A stretch of 63,727 bases of DNA, counting the filler, from Folioceros fuciformis (taxonomy: Eukaryota): the NCBI GenBank assembly GCA_049999805.1. It is 7 parts of 7 records of this genome, joined end to end, with 100 filler letters (N's around TTAATTAATTAA, not from the genome) between each part and the next. Parts side by side here need not be neighbours in the genome. Positions count along the whole stretch, not along the records: positions 1 to 15,084 come from JBNGIO010005402.1; 6 more parts are not named here. The stretch is one strand, 5' to 3'. Within the stretch, counting starts at the first letter, position 1; every line of letters starts with the position of its first letter. The position numbers and the translations under genes are program-made. Below are positions 1-10,657 of this stretch, one piece after another. Below the pieces are notes generated by a model that was not told where the DNA came from, searched no databases, and saw nothing but the letters and a program-made list of their open reading frames with translations.

Positions 1-1473
1 CGTATACCCCCCTTGTATTTTATACGGTTTAGATACGTATTTAATATTTACTAATACATATACCATATATGTATCCCCGTATTTCTTTTCTTTTTATTTT
101 CCTAATTTTCCCTTTCCTATTTTTACCCCTATTTTTCTGGATTTAATTCCAGAAATTCCAATTCAACTCTGTTTCACCTGCTTTCTTCTCCTCCTAGTTC
201 GGGGCCTATTCCAGCACCCCAAGGTTAGTCTTCCATGGCCAAAGAACCATTTCGGCTGGAAGCTGATTCCGCTGAATAAGCTACCATTTTCAGGCCAGGT
301 TCTGGCTACTGATTCCATTGCTTCTTACCTCCTCTCTATCTTTCCCACTACTCATACTCCTCCCTTGGAGGCTGGCTCAGCCACCAAGGGTGAACAGTTG
401 CAGGGGAAGACTTAGCGGGCGGCCATCCCGCAAGGAAGAGGCGGCATCTGCAGATCTTTGAAGATGAGACATCCTCCGAAGTCTCAGGATAGTCTAAAAG
501 GTGGTAGATCCTTGTGGTGGTAGGGCCAGCTCATTGGTGGCAGGATGTGCTAGAAGTCTAAATAAGTGGCTGGTGACAGCCGGCTAGGCTAGTGGTCCTA
601 TTAAAATAATATTTGTCAAGTTAGAGAGAGGTGAAGTCAGAGAGAGAGAGGCTCCTATAAGATCAGGTGAGCCTGTAGGAGGAGGTAGCCATTCACTTTG
701 GGAGTCAGTCTGTCACTTCGTGAGCTCTTGGAGGTACTCTCTTCACGAGTTCTTGTGGTCTGTCCCTGCTTGGTTTAGGACCTGCAGTGTGTTGCCGGCT
801 GTGCAACGTTTGGTAGGATCGCAAGCCGCGTGTTGCCGGTTGTATAGTGTCTGGTAGGATCACGAGGTGTAATGACCAGGGTGAAGGGGCTTGCCCCTAG
901 CTCTTGATTGTAAAGGATGTGTCTTTCTCTCGACCTGTCCACTCTTGATCCTTGTTTGGACAAGTGCTATAGGCCGGCCATGTTTCATGGCATTTGGTAA
1001 GGTTCTGGGGAGGAGATATTTGAGAGGGGAGTGTGTTCCCTTCTTTCTTTTCTTTGGGGTTAGTCTAGTGACTCTTGCCGGGTAGGAGGAGTCAGTAGGA
1101 AAGTGTAGAAGGTAGTGGTGTCATTGTTGGTTGCTGGTGTTGGTGCTAGAGCGAGAGAGTGAGTGAAGTGAGTGAGGGAAGTCGAAGATCTGAGAGGTTA
1201 GGGTCGTTGTAGTGATTGGAGTAAGTTTGTGGGCACCGAGGGAGGTGCAGCTGACCGCTGGACAGCGAGGCCTGTCATACGCCTGATCGGAGCTGGAGGG
1301 GAGCCCTCGAATCCATCATCGAGTCGATTGAGTCCGACCCTCCATCCATAGCAGCAAGGAACCCCATTGCTCCTTCGTGGGAACGAAACCCAATGTCTCA
1401 ACGACAGTGGGATAAGTGTGGCCACTAAAGGTGGAACCCGTCAGCAATCAGTGCTCGCGGTTTTGCCACCACA
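1..1473 (-). mobile_element. 5' part of a large LTR (Ty3/Gypsy-like, related to the 2648-6083 LTR), inserted into the MULE transposase
   Basis: The minus strand begins TGTGG at 1473, where transposase homology stops (..QQQWGDL). About 55 nt in it carries GGCCACACTT..ACTGTCGTTG..TTCGTTCCCA..GGAG, matching GGTCACACTT..ATTATCGTTG..TTCGCTCCCA..GGAG near the start of the 2648 LTR. The other end is not identified. Confidence 0.55.
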
Positions 1474-3002
1474 AGATCTCCCCACTGCTGCTGAAAATAA
1501 TGCACAAAACTAGCTTCCGAGGCACCATACACCTCGTAAAACTCTTGAAGCTTCATATGGGCTGATGCTAGATCATTCCTTGAGTCCATGTACACAATAT
1601 TTCCCAAGGCCTTCATCATGGCTGCCATGTTACTTGCGGACTTGACTTTCTTCAAGAGTTGCCGCAACCACGCCCGCCGTACATGCCATAGACAGAGGAA
1701 CACAAGAGTTGTGCTGCAAAATACTTGCCGGATTGCTTTTATCTCCGCTGCACAGTCATCGACAAGGAAAGCCATAGGATGCTAATCTAATCGTAGTGAT
1801 TGTAATTTCCTTTGCAAAGCCGTTAACCACATGGCCATGTGTTCTGCAGTAGATTGACTAGTAATTACCTAGGCCACTGGTATGTCATTGCGGTGATCAT
1901 CGAACACCAACAAAGTGAACAATTGAAACTGAAATAAAGAGAAAGTGAGTTAGGAAGCTAGCATCCCACAATCTTGTGTTTGAAATGCAAAGAATCTAAC
2001 CTTCCACTTGTTGGTGCCGAATGTGGCATCCATTGAAATGATGAATTGATGCCCCCTATAAAGCATGTATTCCTCTTGGAAGCTTGTTTGAAACCCTAAA
2101 GTAAAATGTGTGCCCTCCGTCGAAGCACCAGGTGGTGGGAAGAAAAAAAAAATCCCTATGGATGTCAATCCATAACTTGACACTGATTTCATCAATGGTA
2201 TGGAGTCTCCAAGTCCTTGCATCCAACTCAGCCTGGAAGTTGCGTATGTCCTTAGGCAAGAGAAAATCATCTCTATGTAAGACAACGTTAGGATCCCCTT
2301 GCATCCTAACATAGACATCGTTCTTGTGATCACATAAAATTTGATATGGAGTGGTTTTGCACAAAAGTTTGTGCTTCACCCATTCTCTCTTGCTTACTGA
2401 TAAAGAAGGAGCAAGAGCACGTGAGGGAGCTGCATCTGCTACGAACAATCCATGGCAAAAGTCACCCGAGGCATTCATGTGATGCCACTAATCAAAACGG
2501 ATTTAAGCAATATCTTAAAACAACTCCAATTGAGTAATGACAACCACAAACTCACAACCTACTTTCCTGCTCTCCCCACAAGCCACCTTGCTCATTCAAC
2601 TTCCAGGTCCAGACTTTGGCTTGTTAGTCATGTTCACCAAGGGTGCATGTGGAGTGGTACTTACACCCAAGAACCAGTAAGAGGTCACACTTCCCCTTAT
2701 TATCGTTGCAGTACTATGATTCGCTCCCAAGGGAGTGAACTAGTGTCAAGGTTACCTACGATTTCCCACAATGCCCTAATCTAATCCTATCTATTAGCTG
2801 GCTCCTAGCCCTGACCACACTATAGCAAAAAATCAAAATCCTTAGCCCTATCTTCAATGCCAAACACAGCTCCAGCTGAATGAGAACTCCAGCATCATCT
2901 TCAGCTCCCACTTCCAACTCCAAGTATAAGCCGCCTCAGCAGCTGAGAGGAGGCCCCAGCCCTAGCCTCGGCCTCCACTCTCAACCCTAAATGCTAGCCA
3001 CC

Positions 3003-3151
3003 TCAGCACCTGATTGAGAACTTCAGCACCTGATTGAGAACTTCAGCACCTGATTGAGAACTTCAGCACTTGATTGAGAACTTCAGCACCTGATTGAGAA
3101 CTTCAGCACCTGATTGAGAACTTCAGCACCTGATTGAGAACTTCAGCACCT
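3003..3151. repeat. 20-bp tandem array (CTTCAGCACCTGATTGAGAA) x~7.5
   Basis: Directly visible; one substitution in one unit; no spacers. Confidence 0.97.
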
Positions 3152-3699
3152 AAGCTCCTCACCTCAACACACCAACTCCACACTCCAGCACTTCAAATCT
3201 TTGCTCCAGCACTTCAGCTCTTCAGCCCTTCAGCCCTTCATTCTTTCACTCTCACGTTTCACTCCTGGATTTTGGAACACAACAGCCCCTCACTTGCAGT
3301 CCTTGAGGCAGGAGTGTGCAGACCCAATCTGGATAGCCTTCTCAGCTCACGGCCTTGCAGTCCATCGCCTTGGAAACCCCTTAGGGACATCAAGGTACCC
3401 CAACCACCCAACCAGCATGCAAGAAAGGTCAGCTCTTACAGATCTGGCCACCCAAATCTCAGCAATTTTGGGAGCCACCACATTCCCCTAGTGGCATAGG
3501 GAATCAAGGCCGAGGTGCATCTGCGCACTGGATCAACCCACTAACCTAGCAGCCTACACACAAGGTCAAGGGAGCTCACACCAAAAAAAGGCCTCCCCCC
3601 TCATTGACAGGCCTGACCTCTTATACTTCCTTGGCCAGGAACCCCCTGTCGCTGGCTAACCAGGTCAGCACGCCTCAGACAGAACCCTCCACTTGTCAA

Positions 3700-3762
3700 A
3701 ACCCTAACCCTAACTCTGACCTAATCCTAACTCTAACTCTAACTCTAACCTAACCTAACCTC
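3700..3762 (+). repeat. Degenerate telomere-like (CCCTAA/CTCTAA/CCTAA)n tract inside the LTR
   Basis: ACCCTAACCCTAACTCTGACCTAATCCTAACTCTAACTCTAACTCTAACCTAACCTAACC. Confidence 0.75.
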
Positions 3763-6704
3763 GACGGTTGTGTCCCTTTGACACCACTAGGTGCCCTTAC
3801 CAAAATTGACCAACCTCTCAAGACTACCAAAATTGTTAGTGCCTCTCGACACTCTCTTCCTCTCTCTCCGATCCTCTCCTTTCCCTCTCTCCGATCCTCT
3901 CCTTTCCCTCAGATCATTTGCAATCCTTCAGAGGCCCTACCCTCTTCAGATCCTTCCCACCATTTTGCTGGCCAAGGCTCATGACCCGGCAGAGCTACCC
4001 ATCTAGTGCCCTTGAGTGGGCACCTTGTAAGCTTGGCACTGGAAGCGTCAACCCACCATCTCTGCCAACATAACTAACACTGGGCTTCCCACCCGCTAGC
4101 AGCACGTCTATACTAGGCTTTGCGCCTACAAGCAGCCAGGCGTGTTACTCATGGATGGAAAGCCAAATGCTACTTATGTCATCTGGCTGACCATAGGGCA
4201 GGAGAGATGCATTACTCCTGACTCCGATACTTGGATGGGGCAGTTTGCAGGCTGCTTGGGTTCCTGCAACCAGTCACTGCCCGGCTTCCCTGGCCGTCGC
4301 TTGCTTGCCCAGGCCGACTGGCCAGAGGCCGCTAGCTGGCCTCCGGCCTCCAGATCCAGCCAGGCAGCCAACCTGCTTGGCCTAGCTGCCTGTTGGAGTC
4401 ACCCGCCTAGAGGCCAGGCTAGCCTGCTTGGCTGCTTGGGCTCCTGCAGCCAAGCTAGTGCCTGGCTTCCGGGTCTAGTAGGCAGCCTGCCTGCCGATCC
4501 AAAACCCCCTCCGGCCAAGACTCCCTCCAGCCAACTGGCCACCCCAGGTGGCAGACTGGATCTGCCTGCAGGTTGTCCGTGTCGCTGGGGCGCTGGCCTA
4601 CTCCTCAGTAGCTGCTGCCAAGCTGCCTGGCAACTGCCTGGATGCCCGGCTGGAACCGCTTGCTTCTAGCTTGCTGGCGATTCGGCCAGCACCTGTTTGG
4701 CCCCGCCTTGACCAGCCGGCCAGTTGTGCTAGCCAGACCGCTGCGGCTCAGCCACCTGCCCTACTACCTGGCCCGGCCTGGCTGACCCCTCCACAATAGT
4801 CGCCGATCCGGCTCCTCCTGCCTGGTCGGGTATGCCCGCCTGGATCTGGACCCGGTGCTCCCTTGTCTCTGCTGCCGCTGCCAATCCACCTTCCTGCAGT
4901 GGCTGGCAGCCTGCAGCCAGGCTAGCCTGCCTGCTTGCAGCTGGACAGAGCTGCTCGTCTGTAGTCGGCACTGGGCTGCTTGCTTGCAGATGTTTGGTAG
5001 GATTCGCGCTGCCACTTGCCTTCTAGACCCCGCCGGGACCTCAGCTAGGCCCCGGCCTGCTACACAGCGTTGTCGCTTGCCCGACCTGCCGCCTGCCATG
5101 GTCTGGCCGACCAACCGCCAGCATTCCGGCCTGTCTTATGGGCTGCCTGCGTGCACTGGTGTCGGCCCGCCTGCTTGCCCTAGTGATGGGCCGCCTGCCC
5201 CTTAGCCACCAGCCTCTACTTGGCTCCAGCAACAGGCCTGGAGACCTGTATCTCTACGCCCAGCCTTGACCAGCCGGCCACTACTGGCTCCAAGCTTCGA
5301 CCAGGCAGCTAGCCTGCTGGTCGCTTGCTGCTTGGCTGCGGCCTAGCTAGCCTACCCACGAGACCTAGCCGGCCCCCAGCCTGGCTCCAGCCATGCTCCA
5401 GGCCGCCTATCGGGCTACTGCTGGCCCGCGATCCGACCAAATCCAGGCCACCACCCCGGATCCCGTCGGTTGTTAATCCGGCCAGCCTTTCCACCGCGAC
5501 CCGGCCTTCCTGGCGTGACAGCCTACCTAGCTACACGCCGTAGGCCTCCCTCCTACTACCCTACCTTGAGCCATCTTGAGGTCACCCCGACTTGTTGGAT
5601 CCAGCAGAGGCTAGTAGCCGTTGATTAGCCAGCCTGTCGGGAGCCACCATAGCAGCAGGTCGGCCCGCCTGCCGACCAGGATCCAACCATGCCTGGCCAT
5701 GATCCTGGCCTGTCCAGCTGCCTGCTCTCAAGATCCTCAGCCCCCGGCGCACCTGGGCAGAGGCCAAGGCAAGTCTAGACACCCCACCCCCATGCCTATG
5801 CCCAACCCCCTTCTGCACGCTCCCGATCCCGAGGCCCCAACTCGCCCTCACACGCCCGTCTTAGGGTTCCACACATGCAGGCACCCCTCCCCACAGGCAC
5901 AAGTTAGCTAAACGACTGTTCACTTTCTGAACTCCACCACCGCTATTTCCTGATCAGCCTATCTAATCTAGTCCTATCTAACATAGTTTCCTAATTATCT
6001 TTCCAAGGAATTCAATCAAAACTCAAGAAAAAAACAAATACAACCATTTTTCTAAGAGACCTATCTACCATGTGGTCTCCACAGTGTATCACTTTGGAGA
6101 CGGTTGTCAGATCTGTAACCATACGCACAACAATACCTTATGTATTGTTTTGGTGTGGTTGGTGACACGAAATTATACTTATGTGCCTTTGCCCTGGACC
6201 GCGTGCAGCGTTTCACAAGCCTAGTTGGAAAAATTAGAGTTTTCTCCTCACTTGTCAAGAAGTCTGAAACCCTTCCCATGGAATGTAAGCAGTCTTCACC
6301 TCCGTTACAATTTTACGAACTACATGTATGGTTTCCAGCCATTCCAAGCCAGTTATGTTGAAAATGCTTGGCAGTGGAGTCTAGATCTCATAAGGAAACC
6401 TTGCCATGTACAGAGGTAGCATAACACCTGACGTCAAAATGCTTAACCGGCCTCAAGATTAGGCTAATTAAGTGATGTCTGCGAAGCAATCACAACTCTT
6501 GTGAATCAACCGGAGGAATTGAAAACTTACACTTTACTGACGAGATGAACTACAAGCCCTCCACACCTAATCAATCCATTGCAGCACTTCCCGTACGCAC
6601 ATGCCTCCCGCACCTACAAGGACCATCATACCACTTCCCATAGTGTGATTAGCAATGCACATTGCTAGCTCGGTATGACACACTTGTCTAATTGAGTGGG
6701 GAAG

Positions 6705-6975
6705 TGTTACAGAATGGATAATGTGCCCGTAACCCTGCCGACTAGCTAGTTACGTAGACTGTAATTAATAGTATTTAATAATTATGAACGGGTGTGCCTC
6801 TTTGGAAGAGACACCCAGTGACACTATTTAAGACACATTTTGTATACACTTTTTAGAGACTAACACAAAATATCTCTCTGAGCATTGCATCTTGATCATG
6901 TTGGATTAGATGCAATCCTAATCATGCTAGATTAGATGCAATCCTACTTCTAGGATTTTAACATGGTATCAGAGC
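6705..6975 (+). mobile_element. 259-bp LTR (family B) followed by a tRNA-Met(i) PBS
   Basis: TGTTA...TAACA (6705-6963), then TGGTATCAGAGC (6964-6975). Further copies start at 8352 and 53924. It is also preceded by the purine tract GAGTGGGGAAG. Confidence 0.88.
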
Positions 6976-7145
6976 TTCTTTTATAAATGTCTTTGCACTA
7001 TGGTCGGGCATCTGTTGTCGAGTAGTGTATAACCTCTCAGCGACCCCCTCTATAGATATGTAGAAGATAGCATGGAGCCAATCCATCAGTTGAGAGCAAT
7101 TCCAAATTGATGGATGAAAAGAAAGAAAACGTAGTGCACTGTAGT

Positions 7146-7215
7146 AGGGCACCCATCTAGGTCCTGATCTAAACTCAAGGCGCTTAACTTTAGAGTTCTA
7201 ATTGTAGATGAGATA
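7146..7215 (-). pseudogene. Degenerate 5S rRNA-derived segment (Pol III box A/box C region; Cassandra- or SINE3-like)
   Basis: The minus strand reads AGAACTCtaaAGTTAAGCG-cCTTGagtttAGAtcAGgACctaGATGGGTGcCCT, against the plant 5S sequence AGAACTCCGCAGTTAAGCGTGCTTGGGCGAGAGTAGTACTAGGATGGGTGACCT (recalled from memory). Confidence 0.65.
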
Positions 7216-7885
7216 CCCACGACCTGTTCTTCTGAGCACGCTTTTGATTAGAAGCACTTTAGATATGGACGCTTATTAAGTCTAACATGAAGAACACAAA
7301 ACGGTGGAGAGGCACACAACCTCTCCTCATGCTCTGCCCATCCTCCTGCTCCAAGCCAGCAATTCTGAATCGCAACCGATGGCAAGGACCTGTCATCGAG
7401 GATGTTGCCCAGGGCGCCTCAATAATCGATTGAATTCATGGCGGAATTGGATCATCCCTCTTGCCCATCGCAGCATCTTCGGGCTGCAATATGCTCCAAG
7501 GTGGGTGCAATCTGCAGCACAAGACCTGGGAGAGGAGTTCCTACATTTGCCCCTCAGAGGGAGGGCTGGACAACTGCCTCCCCGTGTTTCCCGTGCTTGC
7601 ACTTGCCCATCTCCGCAGATTTCTCAAGAAGATTGCTTTCAGCACGGATTCTCTGAGGATCACCTGTCCCTGCGAGCTTCATGAAGCCCTCTGCCTCTTC
7701 CTGTCGATGGAGCGCCTTAGGATCATCACAATTGCAGGAGAATCGGCCAAGGATTTGGGCCCAATCTTGAGCACCTTGCTTCCTGCAATTTGGCAGATCC
7801 GGCCCCAAATTCCATGATTTCAGGCTCTAATTCTGAGGATAGAAGCGCCCCAAGGCATCCAACCCTCAGGGTGCCAGCCTCTGGA

Positions 7886-8084
7886 TGTAGGATCGCTAGA
7901 AGAAACCACATGGTGAAGGAGGAGAGGAGAGGCAAAGAGAAGGATAGAGAGGTCACACTCTCACAATAGGTATTTATACCCTCTAGAAGAGCTCCCTAAG
8001 AAGCTTCACAAGAAGCGCACAGGAAGCTGCGCAAGAAGCTTCCTATAGATTAGCCTAAGCTAATCTTAACTAATGATACTTAAC
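7886..8084 (-). mobile_element. Partial copy of Copia LTR family C
   Basis: Aligns with 58052-58341 and with the reverse complement of 17617-17903 (..GGTATTTATACCCTCTAGAAGAGCTC..AAGAAGCTTCACAAGAAGC..). Confidence 0.85.
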
Positions 8085-8351
8085 CTGTGCTCCTAGTCCC
8101 ATAGATGGGCAAGAACCTTGTCTCCATGACTTAGTTGCTAAAGCAAGGCGATCTTAAGATGCTTGCTTCAAAGGGGTCATGCTACCTTTTTAGGACCACA
8201 AATCCTTACCTGTGCCTCTTCAATGCCGTGCCTTAAGACGGCATGTACAGGCTCTCATTAGCCTTTAGAGGGAGCACATCAAAGAGGAGCATCGCGCTCC
8301 ATGGTAGATAGCCTCCACCACTAGTCAGGTTATGTTCAGCTTACGAGGGAG

Positions 8352-8403
8352 TGTTACGGAATGGATAATCTGCCTGTAACCTTGCCAACTAGCTAGTTAC
8401 GTA
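8352..8403 (+). mobile_element. Truncated family B LTR preceded by a PPT-like GAGGGAG
   Basis: TGTTACGGAATGGATAATCTGCCTGTAACC..CTAGCTAGTTACGTA matches the start of the 6705 and 53924 copies. Confidence 0.8.
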
Positions 8404-8406
8404 ATT

Positions 8407-8822
8407 CCATGTCCTAGCAGCTATCCACATCCATCACTGCAGGAATTTGGAGAGCCATCTCACTGTCCTCCCCTTCCATGTAGGAGCCTTCTCGACGCCC
8501 ATTCTACAGCGTTGCCATTCCCATGTCCTTGCAGCTATCCACGTCCATCACTGTAGGAATTTGGAGAGCCATCTCACGCTCCTCCCCTTCCATGTAGAAG
8601 CTTTCTCGACGCTGTGGCCTCAACCCTAAATTGGTCAATGATTGTGAAGGTAGCGGAGGAGGAGCTTTCTCGACGTTGTGGCCTCAACCCTAAATTGGTC
8701 AATGGATTTGTGAAGGTAGTGGGGGAGGAGCTTTCTTGATGTTGTGGCCTCAACCCTAAATTGGTCAATGGATTTGTGGAGGTAGAGGGGGAAGAGCTTT
8801 CTCGACGTTGTGGCCTCAACCC
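8407..8822. repeat. Compound minisatellite: 114-bp-period duplication followed by a 64-66-bp array x4
   Basis: 8407-8497 is repeated at 8521-8611. Units GCTTTCTCGACGTTGTGGCCTCAACCC(TAAATTGGTCAATG..) have CAACCC at 8621, 8685, 8751 and 8817. Confidence 0.93.
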
Positions 8823-9011
8823 TTGGTCTACTAGCGAGAATGATTGTGAAGGTAGCGGGGACAAGCACGGTTGAGTGGCAGCTGGTTCACAACTCGTAAT
8901 TATGAAATTATAACAAGTTTACCGTAAAGAGGTGCTGCAAAGAAGAGATGTAAATACCTCACCGTAACCGTGATGCCAGGAACGGGATGTAAGAAAATAG
9001 AGTTCGACCGG

Positions 9012-9443
9012 TCAAGCGTACAACCACATCTCTATAAAATCCTTGTCACCATGTGTTAGGGTAATAACCGGCCGGTGAGCAGTGCTTCGTGGCACTGACA
9101 GCGCGGCCCCGGCTTGCGTGGCTGTGGGCGTAGAATAATCAAAGCATACATCTCGGCGATCCACCAACCTGTACTGCTTAGAGTTCTGTGGAGTAACGTA
9201 TTTTTTGACATGCATGTGGCAAGTCCGCGTATGGTACTCGTATGCCTCCGCCTTCGGCTCTACACCCCGGGGCTGGTGGCTTTCCCATCGATACCCGATG
9301 GCCATTAAGGCAAATACGGTCAGCAGACCCGTGCGGATGCGCAACCTGATGTACCGTGGCTTCATATCGACATATCGACATACACGACATAGCAGCAACA
9401 TCAGTTTCTGGTTCCCGTTGCATACTTGGGTTTTTGCACCCAT
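9012..9443 (-). CDS. Possible first exon or remnant of a type II membrane protein (glycosyltransferase-like topology)
   Basis: A basic stretch (KPRYIRLRIR) is followed by a hydrophobic segment (GLLTVFALMAIGY) in CpG-rich DNA, with a GTGAG donor-like site about 50 nt past the stop. No family motif was recognised. Confidence 0.25.
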   Translation of the reverse strand: MGAKTQVCNGNQKLMLLLCRVCRYVDMKPRYIRLRIRTGLLTVFALMAIGYRWESHQPRGVEPKAEAYEYHTRTCHMHVKKYVTPQNSKQYRLVDRRDVCFDYSTPTATQAGAALSVPRSTAHRPVITLTHGDKDFIEMWLYA

Positions 9444-10657
9444 TCACTGTACCCGACTTTCCATACCCAGGATGGAAGGATTCCAAACCCGTCGGTTTGA
9501 AGTCCAAGTTTCAAATGCACTTCTCATCGCGGGTGAACTGATTTAAAAAGGAAGCGGTGCAGATGCGACAAGACGCCTAATCTGCTGCCCGTTGTAGATG
9601 GAATCGGCTGGCTTCCTAGCGGTTTTCGTGTCCAACAGGAGGGTGGGTGTGCTGGTTGAGACTGAGTTTGGGGTTGCGAGGATGCGTAAACTCAAGATCT
9701 ATTTGGTGGCATCAGGGCTGTGCTGNNNNNNNNNNNNNNNNNNNNNNNNNNNNNNNNNNNNNNNNNNNNNNNNNNNNNNNNNNNNNNNNNNNNNNNNNNN
9801 NNNNNNNNNNNNNNNNNNNNNNNNNGCCCACGTCCTGCTCAAGGTGGTTTTGCTGGCACACGACTTGTGGGCTCCCAAAAGCTAGAGCTGTCAAGTGGCT
9901 GCGGAGCTGAGCTTGCTGGAGAAGAACTTGGAACACAACATGATGGCGCTGGGCGGCAACCAGTTTTGTCGCAGGAAAACAGCAGCTTGGGCTCTTGGCA
10001 TGTGTCTTGCAAGCAGCTGCGTAATTGTTTGCTGCCTATGATACTGGTGTATGTGGTGCAGTCACTCATGACAGTAAACTTCTGTCTTCTATTTTTGTAG
10101 GGGCCTTGGAACAGGAACTTTGGCAAGCAATCAAGGATGGGCACAAAATTTTGGGCATGGGGTTTGTGGAGGAGCACTAGGACGCTAGCCAAATACTTTC
10201 AGAACTCCACTCGCTCTGACAGCGTGTGACGATTTTCTTTCAAACCACGCTGTTCATTACTTTCCTCGTATGCAGCCTGTGTGTAGCCTTTTCATGACAG
10301 TGATGCTCCTTTGTAGCACCTTGTTTTCATTTCTCTATTGTGTGCATGAGGCATTAGGCCGCAGTGGAGAGCATGGCACAACGGGACGAGTTCCAGTTGG
10401 CTCTGTCACAGCTGTAGGCTCTGCTCAGAACCTACACTTGGACATCTTCGTCAACATCCCATAAGGCTTTTCGACAGCAGTTGCCAAATTCTCACCTTCT
10501 AAAACCAGAAGAGTGGATTCTAACCTCTAAGACAAAAAGCATAATTGACCCGATCAAAACTGAGTGCTATCTGCTATCTTCTCTCACCCTACAAAAGTGG
10601 ATTGGTCAGCTTCTAAAACCAAAAGCCCCCTACAAACATGCATCAATCCACTCTTTA

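Larger units (their letters stand above)
2648..6083 (+). mobile_element. 3436-bp solo LTR (probably Tat/Ogre-like Ty3/Gypsy)
   Basis: Termini TGTGGAG...CTCCACA form a perfect 7-bp inverted repeat. The flanks are a 5-bp TSD, GTGCA (2643-2647) and GTGTA (6084-6088). Removing it restores the transposase frame. No credible coding content. The superfamily call is inferred from size. Confidence 0.8.
1474..6407 (-). pseudogene. Mutator-like (MULE) transposase pseudogene, split by a solo LTR
   Basis: ATG at 6407: MARFPYEI*TP..LEW..AYIPW/RVSDFL..YIRYCCAYG. It resumes in frame after the LTR (QSDAPLVN..KVGC..HMNASGDFCHG), then RDDFLL, FTLGFQT, SMDATFGTNK, an intron (~1930-1999), FQLFTLLVFDD, FLVDDCAAE and LCLWHVRRAW. 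These are MULE DDE-domain motifs, with stops and frameshifts. Confidence 0.82.

Noticed and set aside
3003-3151. CRISPR-like array
   Set aside because: Head-to-tail repeats with no unique spacers, no cas genes, eukaryotic context.
4142-5911. Many overlapping ORFs
   Set aside because: GC-rich low-complexity LTR interior; frames are open on both strands with no motifs.
2660-6086. CACTA/Tc1-like element with a TA TSD (right end reads CACTG on the minus strand)
   Set aside because: No matching left TIR. The 2648-6083 boundaries give a perfect 7-bp inverted repeat plus a 5-bp TSD.
7304-7817. Captured host gene fragment inside the LTR unit
   Set aside because: No recognisable motif in any frame.
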